Origin: Microthyrium microscopicum
Lineage: Eukaryota
Assembly: GCA_010405405.1 (NCBI GenBank)
Contig: MU004243.1
Span: forward strand, 987,340 to 1,051,339
Length of the DNA: 64,000 bases
Direction of reading: 5' to 3'
In this document: positions 12,943-25,422 of the stretch, one piece after another
How positions within the stretch are numbered: position 1 is the first letter of the stretch
Layout of the letters: each line of letters opens with the position of its first letter
Made by a program: the position numbers and the translations under genes
Notes under the pieces: generated by a model
The model's database searches: none
Told to the model about the DNA's origin: nothing
The model's input: the letters and a program-made list of their open reading frames with translations, nothing else

Positions 12943-13575
12943 ATGAAGTCTGGGATCCGAACCAGCGTAGCCATGCTACTCGCTCTCTCTCACGTCAGCC
13001 ATGCATATTTCGCCTGCTCCCTGAGCAACGCAGTGCCACTCAGTAGTCTCCTGCCCAGCGGAGGATCAACGGCAGGCGGTGGTGGTGGTGTCACCTACAC
13101 TCCGACATCACCAGGATGCAGTTTCTACATCGCCGCTGGAGGATCATGCACCACCAGCAAATCCAAACAAAAAGTCAAACGCAGCGGCTCAACTAATTCC
13201 GACCACCTTACGACCCATCGGAAAAGAACATACACCACTTTGCCTTGCTCGAATACGATGAGCTGTGTGACTGTGAAGGATCAACTGGGTTGCTTCGATC
13301 TCAACACCTACGACTATATCGACGATGAAGGCACCTGCGGCAATTTGAACACTGGTGAGGAAGAGACAGGATGTGTTGCAAAGTTCTTGGCAGCGCAATC
13401 GAGCCCAGCGAGTGCGATAAGAGTTGAATCGACAGGAACTGCCACTCCGGCGAACTCGACGGCATCGTCGTTAAGTGCGAAAACTGGGGCGTCGAAATCA
13501 GATGGCGAAGCTCTCATCCCCGCTAGGTCACTTCTAGCATTGCTTGTGTCGGTGCTTGGTTTATTAATGGTATGA
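12943..13575 (+). CDS. Small secreted Cys-rich protein, probably GPI-anchored (210 aa)
   Basis: N-terminal signal peptide, 8 Cys, Ser/Thr/Ala-rich stalk, and an SDG omega-like site followed by a hydrophobic C-terminus (LLALLVSVLGLLMV). Confidence 0.8.
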   Translation: MKSGIRTSVAMLLALSHVSHAYFACSLSNAVPLSSLLPSGGSTAGGGGGVTYTPTSPGCSFYIAAGGSCTTSKSKQKVKRSGSTNSDHLTTHRKRTYTTLPCSNTMSCVTVKDQLGCFDLNTYDYIDDEGTCGNLNTGEEETGCVAKFLAAQSSPASAIRVESTGTATPANSTASSLSAKTGASKSDGEALIPARSLLALLVSVLGLLMV

Positions 13576-13802
13576 TTCTGTCTGAATTGTAATGTAGCCA
13601 TGGTTTTCTGTACTACATGGCTCCAGTAGACGGAGAACGACATGTTACTACAGGAGTTCAGCCATCCAGGACTCACATGAAATGGTATGCGTGATAAAGA
13701 TTGATTCTGGATGACGTCTTTATACTGTTTTGCTTCACTCTACTAAGTATATTTTTTCCGAATGTCTTCTCAACTGAATCCGCTGTTTGTGTCTTACCAT
13801 AC

Positions 13803-14429
13803 CATAGCGTGGGAGGGGGGGTAGAGCAAATGATGTTGAGTAGTTCCAAGATAGACATTTTGGTAATAGGAAGTCCAAAATGGTGATTTTAGGGGTTAGC
13901 ATGTCTTAGAATAGGCAGATTTCCTAATCATGTCTAGATACATATTATGTTAATAGCTAAGAAGGATTACAATAGGATACGAAAAAGGAGCAAAAGTAAT
14001 TACTATTAAGAATAAGCAAGGGAAATTGTTAGTAATCTCTATATACGAAAAATACTAAATTGCATAATTAGTATTCGTAAAACTAGTCAAACTTTAATGC
14101 TTAGATTCTTTAAGCTTATAAGTAAAATATAAGCCTAGCCTAATTCGTAAACTAAAATACTATAATTTAAAAATATTTATAGCTCTCTAAATTATTCTTA
14201 TAAATTTTCTAGCTTAGATATATAAGTAAAAAATTGCCTAATTAGGCAAATTTTTTATATTCTTTCTAAGCTAGAGAAATTATTTTTTAGCAAAAGCTAT
14301 TTTAGGCTTTTAAATTATATCTAAAATTTAGATATTTTACCCATTACCTACTGCCAAGAGAACCCTTCCAGAAAATGATATAGAAATGATAGTAGACATG
14401 ATTTCCTGTACCCCCCGTCGCACGCTATA
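13803..14429. mobile_element. Degenerate TIR-bounded DNA transposon remnant with AT-rich (RIP-like) interior
   Basis: Imperfect 34-bp inverted repeats: CATAGCGTGGGAGGGGGGGTAGAGCAAATGATGT (13803-13836) versus the reverse complement of 14396-14429, TATAGCGTGCGACGGGGGGTACAGGAAATCATGT. Interior 13900-14340 is very AT/TpA-rich with no ORF. No clear target-site duplication (TSD). Confidence 0.7.
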
Positions 14430-14639
14430 GTAGGTTTCGAGGCTGATTGTGGTCATTACAAGCACTGGTCAAGCCATTCGACCCCTGAAAAAATAATATA
14501 CCCTTTCGGAACCGTATACCAGGGGATGCATAGGAGTTGCGGCACAGCAAATCGTCATCACCACGAAAGCATTAAATAAGCTTTTGTCGTCCTCAGTCAA
14601 ACTTGGGCATCTAGCATAGGCACAAAGACGAGAGTTCAT

Positions 14640-15928
14640 ATGCAGTTAAGGGCGATTCTAACTTGTATTCTTCTGGTCGTTTCTGCTTCCTATCAAGATT
14701 TGCAGCAGCAGAAGGTGTTAAACATACCCAGACTAGCAACCGAAGCCACGATCTATGTTAGTGTTTCGCATTATACACCGTATCAGTTCACTGATTGATT
14801 GGGACTGGACCGAGTTGCCTGGGGGATACTTAACAAAATTGACTGTTGGCACACCATCACAGAAATTCAAGGTTTTACTCGATTTCGGTTGGTCTCGTGA
14901 GTATCAAGCTTTAGTAGAAACGTGTCTAGATCAATGCTTACAAAACCAAGAATTCTTTCTACCATCTGTGCAATGTAGATCGACACTTTGCCACCCAAAT
15001 TATTTCAATCATTGGGAGCCTTCGCTCTTCAATGAAACCGCATCAAAAACGTTTGAAACGACTGGAGACCACAGCTCGGCCCCGTATTTAGGCGCTTATT
15101 CAAGGGAACGCTGTGTCAAGATGCTGCCCACCTAGCTGGCATTTCTTTGAAGCGACAAGGATCTCTAGACGCCATAGATGTGTCTACACCGGCATTCATC
15201 TCCATGTATATGTTGTATGATGGCGTGTTGGGCCTAGCTCCGTTTAATGCGTCTGACCAAGCCGATCTTTCGGCAAATACTTCACCTTTCCGGTCCATGG
15301 TCCGTGAGAAAGCAATCACGCGAAACGTTCTTACATTAGAACTCCCTCGAGGACATCGCTTCATCGAGGATGGCTGAATGCCGGGTTCGTTAAGCTTTGG
15401 CAAGCCGCGAATCCGCTCAGATGCCCACAAGGTGATAACACTTCCTTTATTGCGACAAAGTATTACCAAGAAGAAATGGTATACCTCGGGTCGAACTTTA
15501 AGCTGGAACGGTGGAGATCTGGATTTGCAAATAGGTCCCAATCACCCTGTGCAAATAAATCCCTGGGATCTAATGATTCGACTTCCATGGCCTCTTGCTT
15601 TGATAATTAACAAACAAATCAGTCTTCCAGATCGTAAGGGCCACGTGGACTGCGCTCAACGCGCAAACCTGCCAAACCTCGTGCTTACTTTGATAATGGA
15701 TCAATCTTTGAGATTACCGGATTTGATTATACGCTAGAAAGAGTGTATCCAAATGGAACATCGATGCGATGCATGAGCCTTGTTAATGACACGGATGAAC
15801 TACCTGGAATCATCATTGGCGCTGGTGTGCTGGAGAAGTATATTTCTGAGTGGGATTTGGATCATATGAAGATTCGCCGTAAGTCTAATTTTCACTCTGA
15901 CCGAGATTTCCGTGCTCTTGCTAAATAG
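14640..15928 (+). pseudogene. Secreted pepsin-like (A1) aspartic protease pseudogene
   Basis: Signal peptide MQLRAILTCILLVVSA, then YLTKLTVGTPSQKFKVLLDFG, YDGVLGLAP and IIGAGVLEKYISEWD. Frameshift near 15100, in-frame TGA at 15375-15377 and a further frameshift near 15700. The catalytic DTG motifs are degenerate. Confidence 0.75.
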
Positions 15929-16070
15929 CCCTTGTGCAGTGGAGAAGCGCCATAGGGAGTAGGTTCCGGCATAATCCTCCAATTTGATTGCTCCGCTTGG
16001 TTCGAAGAACCCATTGCTTCAAATCAGTAGTACAGTATCGCGATTTGAGCAACTTCCAGATATGAGCAAT

Positions 16071-17898
16071 CTATTTCACCGAGGCCAATGTGTCATCAAA
16101 TGGCCAAAGTCTCTTAGCTCTCTCCTTGGTCATCGTGGAATCTGCTTCTTCCATAACAGTCTCCATCCACAACTCAAAGCCTTCTCGACAGGCATTTTGT
16201 GCCTCCTCCCAGTGCTCATTTGGCACCCAGCCATCCGAATTTGACCCCACAAGTTTAAACATGAAAGATCTGAGTTTGTGCACGGTTTTGTAATCTTCCC
16301 ATTCCTTGTTATGCGTAGAAATCTCTTCCTGGCTTGGTTGATAGGGGCATACGCCTGGTAATCCAAGATCTTGCCATTGGTTCGACAAAACCAGGAGCTG
16401 TTCGCGGAGGGCGACTCCTCCATCTTGCCAGGATGAATCGCAATAGCGAAACAAGTTGATATAAGACTGATCAATCTGCATAGCAGTCCATAGACGTGGT
16501 AGCAACGCTCGAATCACGGTAGTGTATGTCTTTTGGCAGAGCTCAATCTCAGTCTTGAGTTTCTGATGCTCGCGCTCGGAAATGGGGTCATCGGAAGAAT
16601 CTTTGGCATCTGGGCCGAGAAAGTCACGGAGGTCGAAATCTGGAGCATGCTGCACAAAGTCCGGCGTCTCTCGAGCATAGAAAAACATTGGCTCAATACT
16701 GGTAGATTGCCAGTCGATGATAGCCGTAACAACCTGTGGGTCGTCATCCGACACGTAAATGTTCCGTTTGTGAAAATCCTTATGAAGCAGCGTGGGCGTG
16801 GATATGTCCTGAACCACTTCGGTCTGAAGCAACGCTTTCATGAGAGCTTCACTCACTCCAAGCAAGTTGAGGTGTTCCTGGGCAGTAGCCCCAAAGTCGT
16901 CTTGCACATTTGGGCCTGGAGGCAGCCGTGAGTACCCTGCATCTAAAAGTCCAGTGCCATATGCTTCTAAGCCTTTCCCTGAGACGGCGTTAGAAATTGG
17001 TAATTAGAGAAGATGGGGAGTTTTACAGGGCCCTCGGTTCGGATTGCGACGTTGATAATATCGAGGGTCTTCTGAGGTACAAGGCCAGAAGTCTGTACCG
17101 CAATGAGGTCCAATGCAAAATCCAGATCCGATGTCGATTGTTTCTTCGGTGGTTGGCAATGAGCTCGGAAAGTATATGCTTCCAAAACCAGGAAACTTCA
17201 GATTGCCTAGCTCTTTCATACATCTTGATAACTTCTCTACACAGCCTATCTTTTGCACTGTATCCATGGTTGGCCATCGTTCCTGCAACGGAACTCCATG
17301 CACATGATTCATGATGATATACGGCGTGCAAACGGCATTTTCTGCATCGCCATTCCAATCGAGGACCTCAGGAACTGGCAACGAGGTGACAGATCGAACT
17401 TTTCAATTAGCCGAACTTCAGATAAGCAATGCACCCCTGGACTCACCATAAGACATTGTTGCAACTTCTGAGCAGGTGGTCATACGTAAATGGCCAGAAT
17501 TGTGGAATGGGATTCTAGCAATCATTTTCGAAGCGTTGTCCATATGAAGAATGAAGACGCGATTGAAGCCACCCTCCTTCTTTTCATAGTTGACAACTTG
17601 GGATGCGCCCGGACAAGCTTCTATTGCTTTTTGACAGAGAGCGTTGAAATCAAAGTCGATGTATCGGGCGCGTAGCTGCACCTCTTCATGGTGGAGCCAC
17701 CTTCCGCTCGTATATTTGTACGGGTTCAAGGCTGAATCATATGTCAAAATTGAAATTCAGTCAGCCCCGAGTTGGCATACCAGTGTTTGCTCGCCATAGG
17801 TGAGATAGATCAACACGCTGCTGATGGAGGTCTCGCTTACGCATAACCTGCAAGAAAGCTCTTGCCGCAGCAGGATTCTTTTGTAATATATGTCGCAT
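16071..17898 (-). CDS. AIM9-like / APH-family phosphotransferase, probably mitochondrial, multi-exon
   Basis: Motifs YKYTSGRWL, EGGFNRVF, ARIP...SEVATM, PVPEVLDW, LLHKDFHKRNIYV and IIDWQ. Arg-rich N-terminus. Confidence 0.85.
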
Positions 17899-18502
17899 GT
17901 TAGAGAGGTGATTGCTGACGGCCCATTGCTGTGATGGCTGTTGGCATCGCTGAGAGAGCGAGAAGCGAAGCCTTGATCAACGATTAGCCTTTTGAATTTG
18001 CCCTCAAGATTCAAGCCTAGTCAACCTTACTCGATCTTACTTAACCTTGACCAACGTCGAATTTATGCCGATAATAGCAACAAACCTATGGAATGGAAGG
18101 CACCAAGAGGGCAGCGACAGAGGATGGATGCAAACATGGGCTTTTGAAACACGTCAACCCGTTTCTGCTTCGCAATGAATTCAACTGCTCGCAACTTCTC
18201 TCATGTATCGACATGGACGATAAAATAAGAACAATAAGAGCTTTTGCTTCTCTATTTATGCCTGGAGATACTTCATATCATGATCCACTAAAAACTCCTT
18301 AGCGCCGGGAATAACCGAGTGGAACCCAACTATTCCCTGAAGCTGCCATGCTCTCTGATCGTGATCCAACTTCATCCCAACTCCTGTTTAGGCTCCAGCA
18401 TAATCATACACCTATATACTCTCTAGATGGAACCTCGACGCCGAAGCACACCTGGCTTTGTTCTGGCAAACTATCAGCAATGTCTCGCTAGAAGTCCGCA
18501 AG

Positions 18503-20043
18503 ATGGAGAAGCGCCACTGCTGGGAATGTCGTCGGCTCTGTTTGGTGTGTGATTTCGCGAATCCCGCCTGCAACAGGTGCTCTAAATCTGGCATCGAATG
18601 CCCTGGATATAGCGATGTCAAACCCGTTCGACTGGAATGGCTTGCGCCTGGACAAATCATCTCTCGTGGACGAAAACGAAAATTGGCGGCGTCTGCGAAA
18701 GCTGAGAGTAAACACCGCGCGACGAAGAGTCCGGCAGCTACCGCACTAGTCTTCTCGAATACACGTGCTCGCGTGGCCATTCCACGTTTCGAGATGAGAA
18801 CCACCGTTTGTGCTTTGTCTGATTGCGCAGAATACTGCAAGTAATGACCCATCAACCTATCGCGCAGTGATGCACTAACGACAAAGCAGTCAATGCGCAA
18901 ATATACCCCGATCTACTCCCACTTTGCGAACTCGGCAATAATCCTCATGTATACCCAATATCGGCACCGCTACTTCAAAACGCGACATCTTCTCCGGACT
19001 ACATGCAATTTGGATCAATATGCATGGTTCTAAGCCATCGAATCAATCGGACGAGAAATGACAATCAGGTCGAACCTTTGGTGGAGAAGTTCTACCTATA
19101 CTGGGGTCTTGCTGTGCGCGCTCTAAATGAACAGCTGGAAAGCGATAATGTCCCTCACAGTGATTGGGCCATGGCGGGAGTATTGGCATTACTTTTCGCC
19201 GACATACAACATGGTGTGTCGCTCAATTGGAGATGCCACTTGGACGGCTTATATCGTTTGATCGAACTTCGTGGTGGCTTCAAGGCGATAGTGAGGTCAA
19301 TAAGATTGACGCCATTGCTGTTCGTTCTCTGGCCGACCGTAGTGATTGCAAACACGACATGCCCGGCGTCAGACATCACATCAGAGTTCGATGAGCTTCA
19401 AGATTTGCTGGAACAACTGAACATTGAAGAATCTCCCTTGCAAGCCTGTCCTTCGCCACTATTTGCAGAGATCATCAAAATCAACCAGCTACGAGGAGTC
19501 GCGAGCCAGCGCAATCACAGTCTTTTAGATGACATTTCACAGCAAGCATATAAGCTTCTGGATCGCATAGACGAATTTTCACCGAAACTGTGGATCAAGT
19601 CTAAAGCGCAATCCAAGGAAGACTGGTTGCTTGTGGCCGAGGTCTACCAAGCTTCTATAAGAATATACTGCATTCTCTCATTGCAGAGCCTACGCGTTCT
19701 ACCTAAAAGTCGATCCTTGCGAACTCGTTGCCTCGATGATAATCACCTCCTGCACGACGCTCTCAGCAAAGGGCTTTCGCGTCTGAGAACAAGTCGACTG
19801 CTGCTTTGGCCACTAGTCGTGCTAGGCGTCGAAGCTGCTCATGGCGATTTGACGATACGGCAGTTCGTATCCAGTCAGCTCCAGGCAGTGAGTCGCAATC
19901 TCGGCATTTATTTGCCGCTATTGGCGCTGCAAGTGCTCGATTCATTCTGGCAATCAGGTGCGAAGAGCTGGGATGCATGCTTTGACAAGCCATACGCATT
20001 TACAACACAGATTGCTGTGGATTGTAGTCGATTGCAGCATTAG
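18503..20043 (+). CDS. Zn(II)2Cys6 transcription factor with fungal-specific TF domain (2 exons)
   Basis: CWECRRLCLVCDFANPACNRCSKSGIECPGY cluster, an intron from 18841, and a C-terminal region with WRCHLDG, LLWPLVVLGVE and WDACFDKPY. Confidence 0.85.
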
Positions 20044-20263
20044 AATTAGATGTATTCTATAAAAGATTGTAATTCTAGAAGCACGAGCTAATCGACCGCC
20101 ATCCTATGTTCTTCCCAACATTGTCTTCGAAACTTGAAGCCTCGAGCCAGGAATTCTCTAGTTTCCTCCAGCCTCCCCAAGCCGATCCTCCAGTTAAATG
20201 ATTGGCACCCACCATGGCATTCCCGAGGTAGTCAAAACGTGGAATTAAAATCCACCCAAACCC

Positions 20264-21453
20264 TCAGGAACGAATACCAGCCGGATACTCATTCAACTCC
20301 TGGGAACGCTGCGGTTGTTTCTTCTTTCCCGCAAGCACACCAAGAAGACCGAATGAGATCACGTTAGCGACCTTAGCAATCAGCGGTCGTCTGTCTGATT
20401 CTTCTGCACCCGCAACTTCAGTACCGTCTTGTGCCAGAAATATGTGAACATCCCTCGGCAGAAAGCGCCCCGGGTGCCACAGGTTCCATAGCAAGGAATT
20501 TGCCAGCATAAGACCCGCCTCGAAGATATAGAAAAAGTACTCGTATCGCAGCAACGGACTCAGAGCTTTCATCGAAGCGAGGTCCGCAATATTTATCTTC
20601 GTGCTGCCTGTGTGCTCCACGAGGCGATAGATGCAGCGAAGGAGAATCAAAGTCATGCTCACGTACAACGTGACAAGCATGTTCCTAACAATTTTAACAT
20701 GTACCCCAGCTTTGATGCATCTTCGTTGGAAGAGTCCAGCGAGACAGGCGAAGCATAAAATGACCAGAAGCTGAAGGGTAAGCGCGGAGACAGTCAGATT
20801 GCTACCCAGTGATTGTTTTGAGGCTGAAGCTGAAGAGTTTGCGGACAATGATACTCCAAGCGAGTTCAACGCTTCGACGACGGCCATCAGACCACCGAAA
20901 ACGACTAGAACTTTGCTCGGCGGCAGAGGGCTACAGTATGGGACGTAGTGAAGTAATCGACCGAGAACATGGTAGTTTGCAAGCTCGAGGAGGGGCCTGT
21001 TTTGGGTAATATCTTGGTCAGTACCTATCGGTATATTGCTTCCTGCTTGTTTGGTACTTACGGGCATATGTAGATGAATACTTGGCTAAGTATAAACGTG
21101 AGCAAGGTCGATTTGTTTGTCTCACTATAGATGTAGTGGTTTTGTGCTCCATATTCACGCAAGGCGAAGCCAGCAGCGAAGAGAGCTGCGCACAAAGGAT
21201 GCAATCCAATCAGCTTGAAAGCTTTACATCGACTGTTGGGACATGTAAGCGGCATAAGTGACGCGTTTCTGACAGGAGAAACATACAAGCATTGCCAGAG
21301 ATCGAACGCCGCCGAGATGGCGAATGCGGCAGTGAAGATAACTGGAGCAATCTTACTCGGAGCGTAAACGTAGAGGCTATATAGAACTAAGTTCTTATGA
21401 GTCGAGGCTTACAAAAGGGAGCATAGCATCTTACCTGGCATCCCAGCTACCAT
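20264..21453 (-). CDS. RTA1-like integral membrane protein (4 exons)
   Basis: YVYAPSK, FAAGFALREYG, PLLELANYHVLGRLLHYVPY, LRCIYRLVE and EYFFYIFEAGLMLAN...HPGRFLP. Start is 21453 or 21441. Confidence 0.85.
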
Positions 21454-22502
21454 CTTATGAAGACAACCCCGTTTGGTCAACGCGGCAGCAACCCCAAGAC
21501 AATGCAAATAGAAGTTTGTATATCGTGCTCCAACAGATACTGATGAATTGATTTCGAACAATGTATAGTGGCTGAGGAGGTCATGTATAGAAATCAAGAG
21601 GCAGAATACATCATCATGTACAGATGGAGGCTTCTAAGTGATCTTAAGTAAATACAAGAAACGGACAACTTATTGTTGACAGTGGAAACTACGCAATTCG
21701 TCAACTCTATCCTTCCAGGCAATGAGTGATTCAGCCCGAGTTTATAGCCATTGGCGTGCTTATTATCCTACTCCGGTTAGACTCTGTACGCACTCGACAA
21801 TGTCTAATCCTGTGTTTGCGTCCAACTAAGCCACAGAAAACACATTCGACAGCAAAGCGGAAGGCTCAATCAGACAGTGTAGCAACAACGGGTCCAGATT
21901 CTGATAACGCTTAACCCAAATAGGACAATAAAGCTGCCAAGCATCTTGAAGCATCCTTGTTGCATCCTTCACCCTAGAGTCGATCAGGGGCTATTCAGGT
22001 CATCTTTGTGTATGACAATGACTTCTCGCTTTTCCAAAGGCAACTCTCAGGCAACAGCCCAAGCTTTTAGGGTTTGTATGCACAACAGCTCAAGCGACTG
22101 AAGGAATATCTTCCCATGCGTCAATACGGAATAGTCGGAACAGCTTGGGAGGAGACGTGGAGGCCTAGAGCACATCATAAGACGGTGCCACATATCAGTC
22201 AATAGCTAAAGGGTCTTGCGGTCTTGGTCTATGAATGACATTTATCTCGGCGATTGAAATTCTGGATGACCACGAGTAGCCAGCTACCTAGGTACCTAGG
22301 TACCTCAGAGCGGTCGCTTCACCCGCGCAGTCAAGGTGTCCAAGTCCAAGCAAAGGCCGATGTAGTTGCATTGCTGATTAAGAGCCAAAAGATCATTTGT
22401 GATGATAAGCCGGCGAATCCGCATGGCTTGTAGCTATTATTCCTTCCTGCCGGCCGACCAGGAACGGATTTGTTGTGATAACTCGGAGCAAGCTTACACA
22501 GA

Positions 22503-24064
22503 CTATATCGCGATGCGTCCGAGCTCATTCCAATCCACAGTCAGAAATGCAGGAGATCCAAGAGCTCCGTGGGGCTTGGGAACTATCGAGCTTGTCGCCG
22601 GATTCTGCAATTGTTCACTCAAAGATTGAGCGTACTCTAGCCAGTTTGTCGTATTAGAGTCTTGTTGATATAGCTCTAATAGTGTCTCGATCTCAGCATT
22701 CCTAGACCGATCGTGATACGATGCAGCTAGTGCGACAACAAGGCAAAGCGGCATAGAGCTGGAGCCCAAAGGTCGATACTGGGTAGCCGTCTCTGCAAGT
22801 CTAACAGCATCATCCACAAGAGACGCACATTCCGTTAGGAGCTCAAGAGTGAAAGTTGACTCGAAGCTCCGAAGAACTGAATTGAACAACAAAGTAAAAC
22901 TAAGAATCAGAGCAAAGCTCATTTGTACTCGGACCTCAGTGCTTCTTACGTTATCAGAAGAGGATGAATTGGGAAGGTTGATCAACAGCTGATGCATCTT
23001 TATCCGCTCCATCCACAGTTGGTTGTACATCGTTTGAGTCTCGATCAAGTCTTCATAAGGATGGTGAAGTAATTTCGACAATTTCGCAAGATTTTGGACT
23101 TGCAGGCTATCGAAATAGGTTTCATCCTCATTGGGGCCCGAAATGTTGGAAGATGACAATATTGTTGGATCTACTTGGATACTGGAGTGGCTAAAGCTTT
23201 CTAAAACCTTTTTGAGCTGTCAGTAATAGTTATTCGATACAGTTTCCAGTACACGTATGGACTACTGACTGTGATAAAAGTAAGAGTTTCAGCCACATTC
23301 TTTTCAAACGTGCCGTGCCAACTTTTCACGTCAGCCTCGTTGAGCAGATACGACAAGGCCTTAGCATGATTTGGACTAGAATCGTCTTGTTTGTTGACCC
23401 ACCCCTATGGGAACTTAGTCAGAATTCAATAACAGATGATGTCGGCCACTAACCTGGCAAACCATCAACAAATAGATCGCGCAGAGCGTGTCGGGGGTTT
23501 TGGCCTCAACAGGGTCGCTGAGCAAGAGTCTTGTTGCTCTCGACGCATTGCCATAACTGGTGTACATCTCGGACGAATGAGTGCTCGAATACACGTAAGA
23601 CATTGTAGTTGTGAAAGCAGACACTGCTGCATCGAGGGCTTTGTTACAGCCTAACCGCTGTGGAATCTGATTGACAAAATCGCCATAAATGCTGATGTCG
23701 AATCTTGCATCTTTGACTTGCAACATGCTGACAAGTTTCTGACTAACTTCAGTGACTTCGTTGGTTGGGACGAACAACATAACAGTTTGGCAACTCCTGT
23801 TTGATAAAGCCTTCTCGAAATCTTGACGGGAGTCGTCTGATAGTGTTTCGTTCACGAACTTATATCGAAATTGGCCAGCCCCAATGCATTGAATTCTCGA
23901 TCGAACACATCGAGAGCACGATGGCTTTGTGAGATCGCACTGAATGGGCAATCAGCAATATAATCAAGCGAATTTGAAATGGACGATCAGAAAGAAATGA
24001 AGCACACCTTCTTCTTTTGCTTCCGACATCCATCGCAGCCCCGGCCATAGGGAGCTCTCGCCAT
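22503..24064 (-). CDS. Zn(II)2Cys6 transcription factor (4 exons)
   Basis: Spliced N-terminus MARAPYGRGCDGCRKQKKK/CDLTKPSCSRCVRSRIQC, plus IPQRLGCNKALDAAV and YRPLGSSSMPLCL. Confidence 0.8.
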
Positions 24065-25422
24065 GTCCTATCTATATCTAGCTTTTGCGGGCTTTGTTAT
24101 GGTGGAGGGAAATGTTGACTTGAACAATAGCAAACACGAGCACTCCAGATGAGGATGTTGACCCACAACCAAGGAAATGCACAAAGACGTAGGTAAGCGG
24201 CTAAAAATAGAAGCGGCTACGCTTTAGCGTTGCTTCCTGCTTTTGGCAGAAACTCGGCAGTACCACCAAAAGTGTTCATGAAAAGTATCGTCGGCTGTTT
24301 CGTACTCGTAGCATCTTTTGCAACCACGATGAACGAAGGCCTACTAAGACCAAACATTCAAGTCTCTCGCCGCTACATCTCTTCTTACAGCACCTCGTAC
24401 AGGATCTTTCAGTAGCAAAACCACCCGCAACAATTTTACCACCGCCCTTTTTTGGGACAAAGATATGTCGGCTATCGTGTCTCATCATGGAAGACATATG
24501 TGGTGAGGCTTTTCAAGCTACAATTTCAGCTTTAGGGAAGTCAACGTCAACCCAATTGGTCAGTGACGCAGCCGGACCAATGATTAGTCAAGAGCAGCAC
24601 AAACGGTAAAATCATTTGATCTCCATTTTTGCATTTCAAAAGCGTAGACGCTCCTCTATATGCTCTTGATTGAAATCGTATGACCCGATTGATTGGGATT
24701 TTGCTGAGCACTGCTTGACACATCAAGTCGAAGTAATCGATCCAATGATCTTCATGTTGTCAGTGCTGGAAACGTCAAAATAGATACACGTTGACATTTG
24801 GCACCAATGATTTGATGACCGCTGAGTGAGCTGTCTGCATTTTCTACTCACCAAATCGAGGACCTGTAGATCTTCGAGGTGATGATGAAAAATAGTTTTA
24901 TTCACCATTTTATAAGATTGCATTTCGATCGACGCAAGAAGATATAATGTCGAGATCCATTGACCATCAATAAAGACAGTCGAAAGGTCACCATTTCGGA
25001 ACGAAAGGCTGATAGCTTCCGGGTGTTGAAGTACTGCTTCAAACAAATACAGCTCTTATGGTTTTGATATATCGTCATTTTGCAAAATAACCCATCCCTT
25101 ACTGACAATCATGTCCACACCCATTGCATAGAAGGCCAAAGAATCTGATCATTGCTTATGTGAGTTGCGCGAAAAGCCTCTCTTGGGAAGATACTGACCT
25201 GCATTCCTACAAGGCTTTCCAGAAGTATCCTAAGATTCCCAATATAGCGAACAAATAGCAGTGACTAATATTCAGCAAAGATTAGAACTGTGGAAAGATA
25301 AAATATGTGATATTGACATGCTCTTCGGAGAGTCTCTTTCCCTTCCTAAAGCGACCAAAGTCTGAAATCGCATTCTTGTAAGCACAATATCATATGTTCA
25401 AGGGAAATCATAAGTCCAGCCA

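Noticed and set aside
22285..22304. Palindromic TACCTAGGTACCTAGGTA motif
   Set aside because: A short low-complexity motif common in fungal intergenic DNA, with no associated structure.
24720..25200. Protein-like minus-strand frame (AFYAMGVDMIV...FEAVLQHPE) with internal stops
   Set aside because: It could be a gene relic, but no recognisable family, start or splice structure supports a call.
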